Origin: Eledone cirrhosa
Lineage: Eukaryota
Assembly (NCBI GenBank): GCA_964016885.1
Contig: OZ024746.1
Span: 17,856,001 to 17,920,000, forward strand
Reading direction: 5' to 3'
DNA length: 64,000 bases
The translations under genes were made by a program, and so were the position numbers. The notes beneath the pieces were generated by a model. It did not search any database and was not told the origin of the DNA. It was given only the letters and a program-made list of their open reading frames with translations. Shown piece by piece: positions 63,532-64,000 of the stretch; positions within the stretch are counted from its first letter, which is position 1, and the number at the start of each line of letters is the position of its first letter.

Positions 63532-64000
63532 CACAACCAGAAAAAATAATATATCAGATTATGAGATTACTCTAAGGATTACATCTAATTTATACAGTCT
63601 ACCCTACTAATCCACCCAGTCATGCAGACAATTCATTCAATCCTTATAACTAAACCATCTGAATATCATTGTTAATCCATTAAATTTACTTTATTAATCC
63701 ACTAGTATGGTTTAAATTGCTTCTTTCATTTCCTTAGGTCCAAGGAAAGCTAAATGGGGAAAATACCAACAATTCGAAGAGGGATACCTCACCCTATATC
63801 GTTAATTAGTTCCAGAAGTCGAAAAACAACGATTGTCAAATTAACCTCCCTATAAACTGCTCATAGGCATTATCTACATTACTTTATGCTGTATATTTTA
63901 GCATTTATTGAAATGTGATTTCACCTGATTTTATTGGTGTTTTTTTTTTAGTGGTTTTTATGGTTTAATATTTTTGGCAGACTAACGTAAAGTTGAGTCA

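Overview
AT-rich, repeat-dense eukaryotic DNA, most likely an octopod cephalopod (inferred from the RTE 3' UTR/SINE types and abundant (TA)n/(CA)n). Only one host gene is recognisable: the 3' part of a FRAT/GSK-3-binding-protein-like CDS at the window start. The rest is retroelements and repeats: a Tx1/L1-clade LINE with intact ORF2 and an 18-bp TSD, two truncated Tx1 copies in (GATA)n, a near-full-length RTE LINE plus many fragments, SINEs, MITEs and four minisatellite arrays. The main discovery candidate is a set of sequence-unrelated DNA palindromes (110-600 bp) sitting in or next to (TA)n tracts. Read outward from the centre, each arm carries a type I hammerhead ribozyme fold, and one arm has an extra unpaired tail. 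They look like head-to-head fused 3' ends of several Penelope-like retroelement (PLE) families. They include non-canonical ribozyme variants and one junction filled with locally templated DNA. All folds and alignments were done by eye; no activity or database match was tested.
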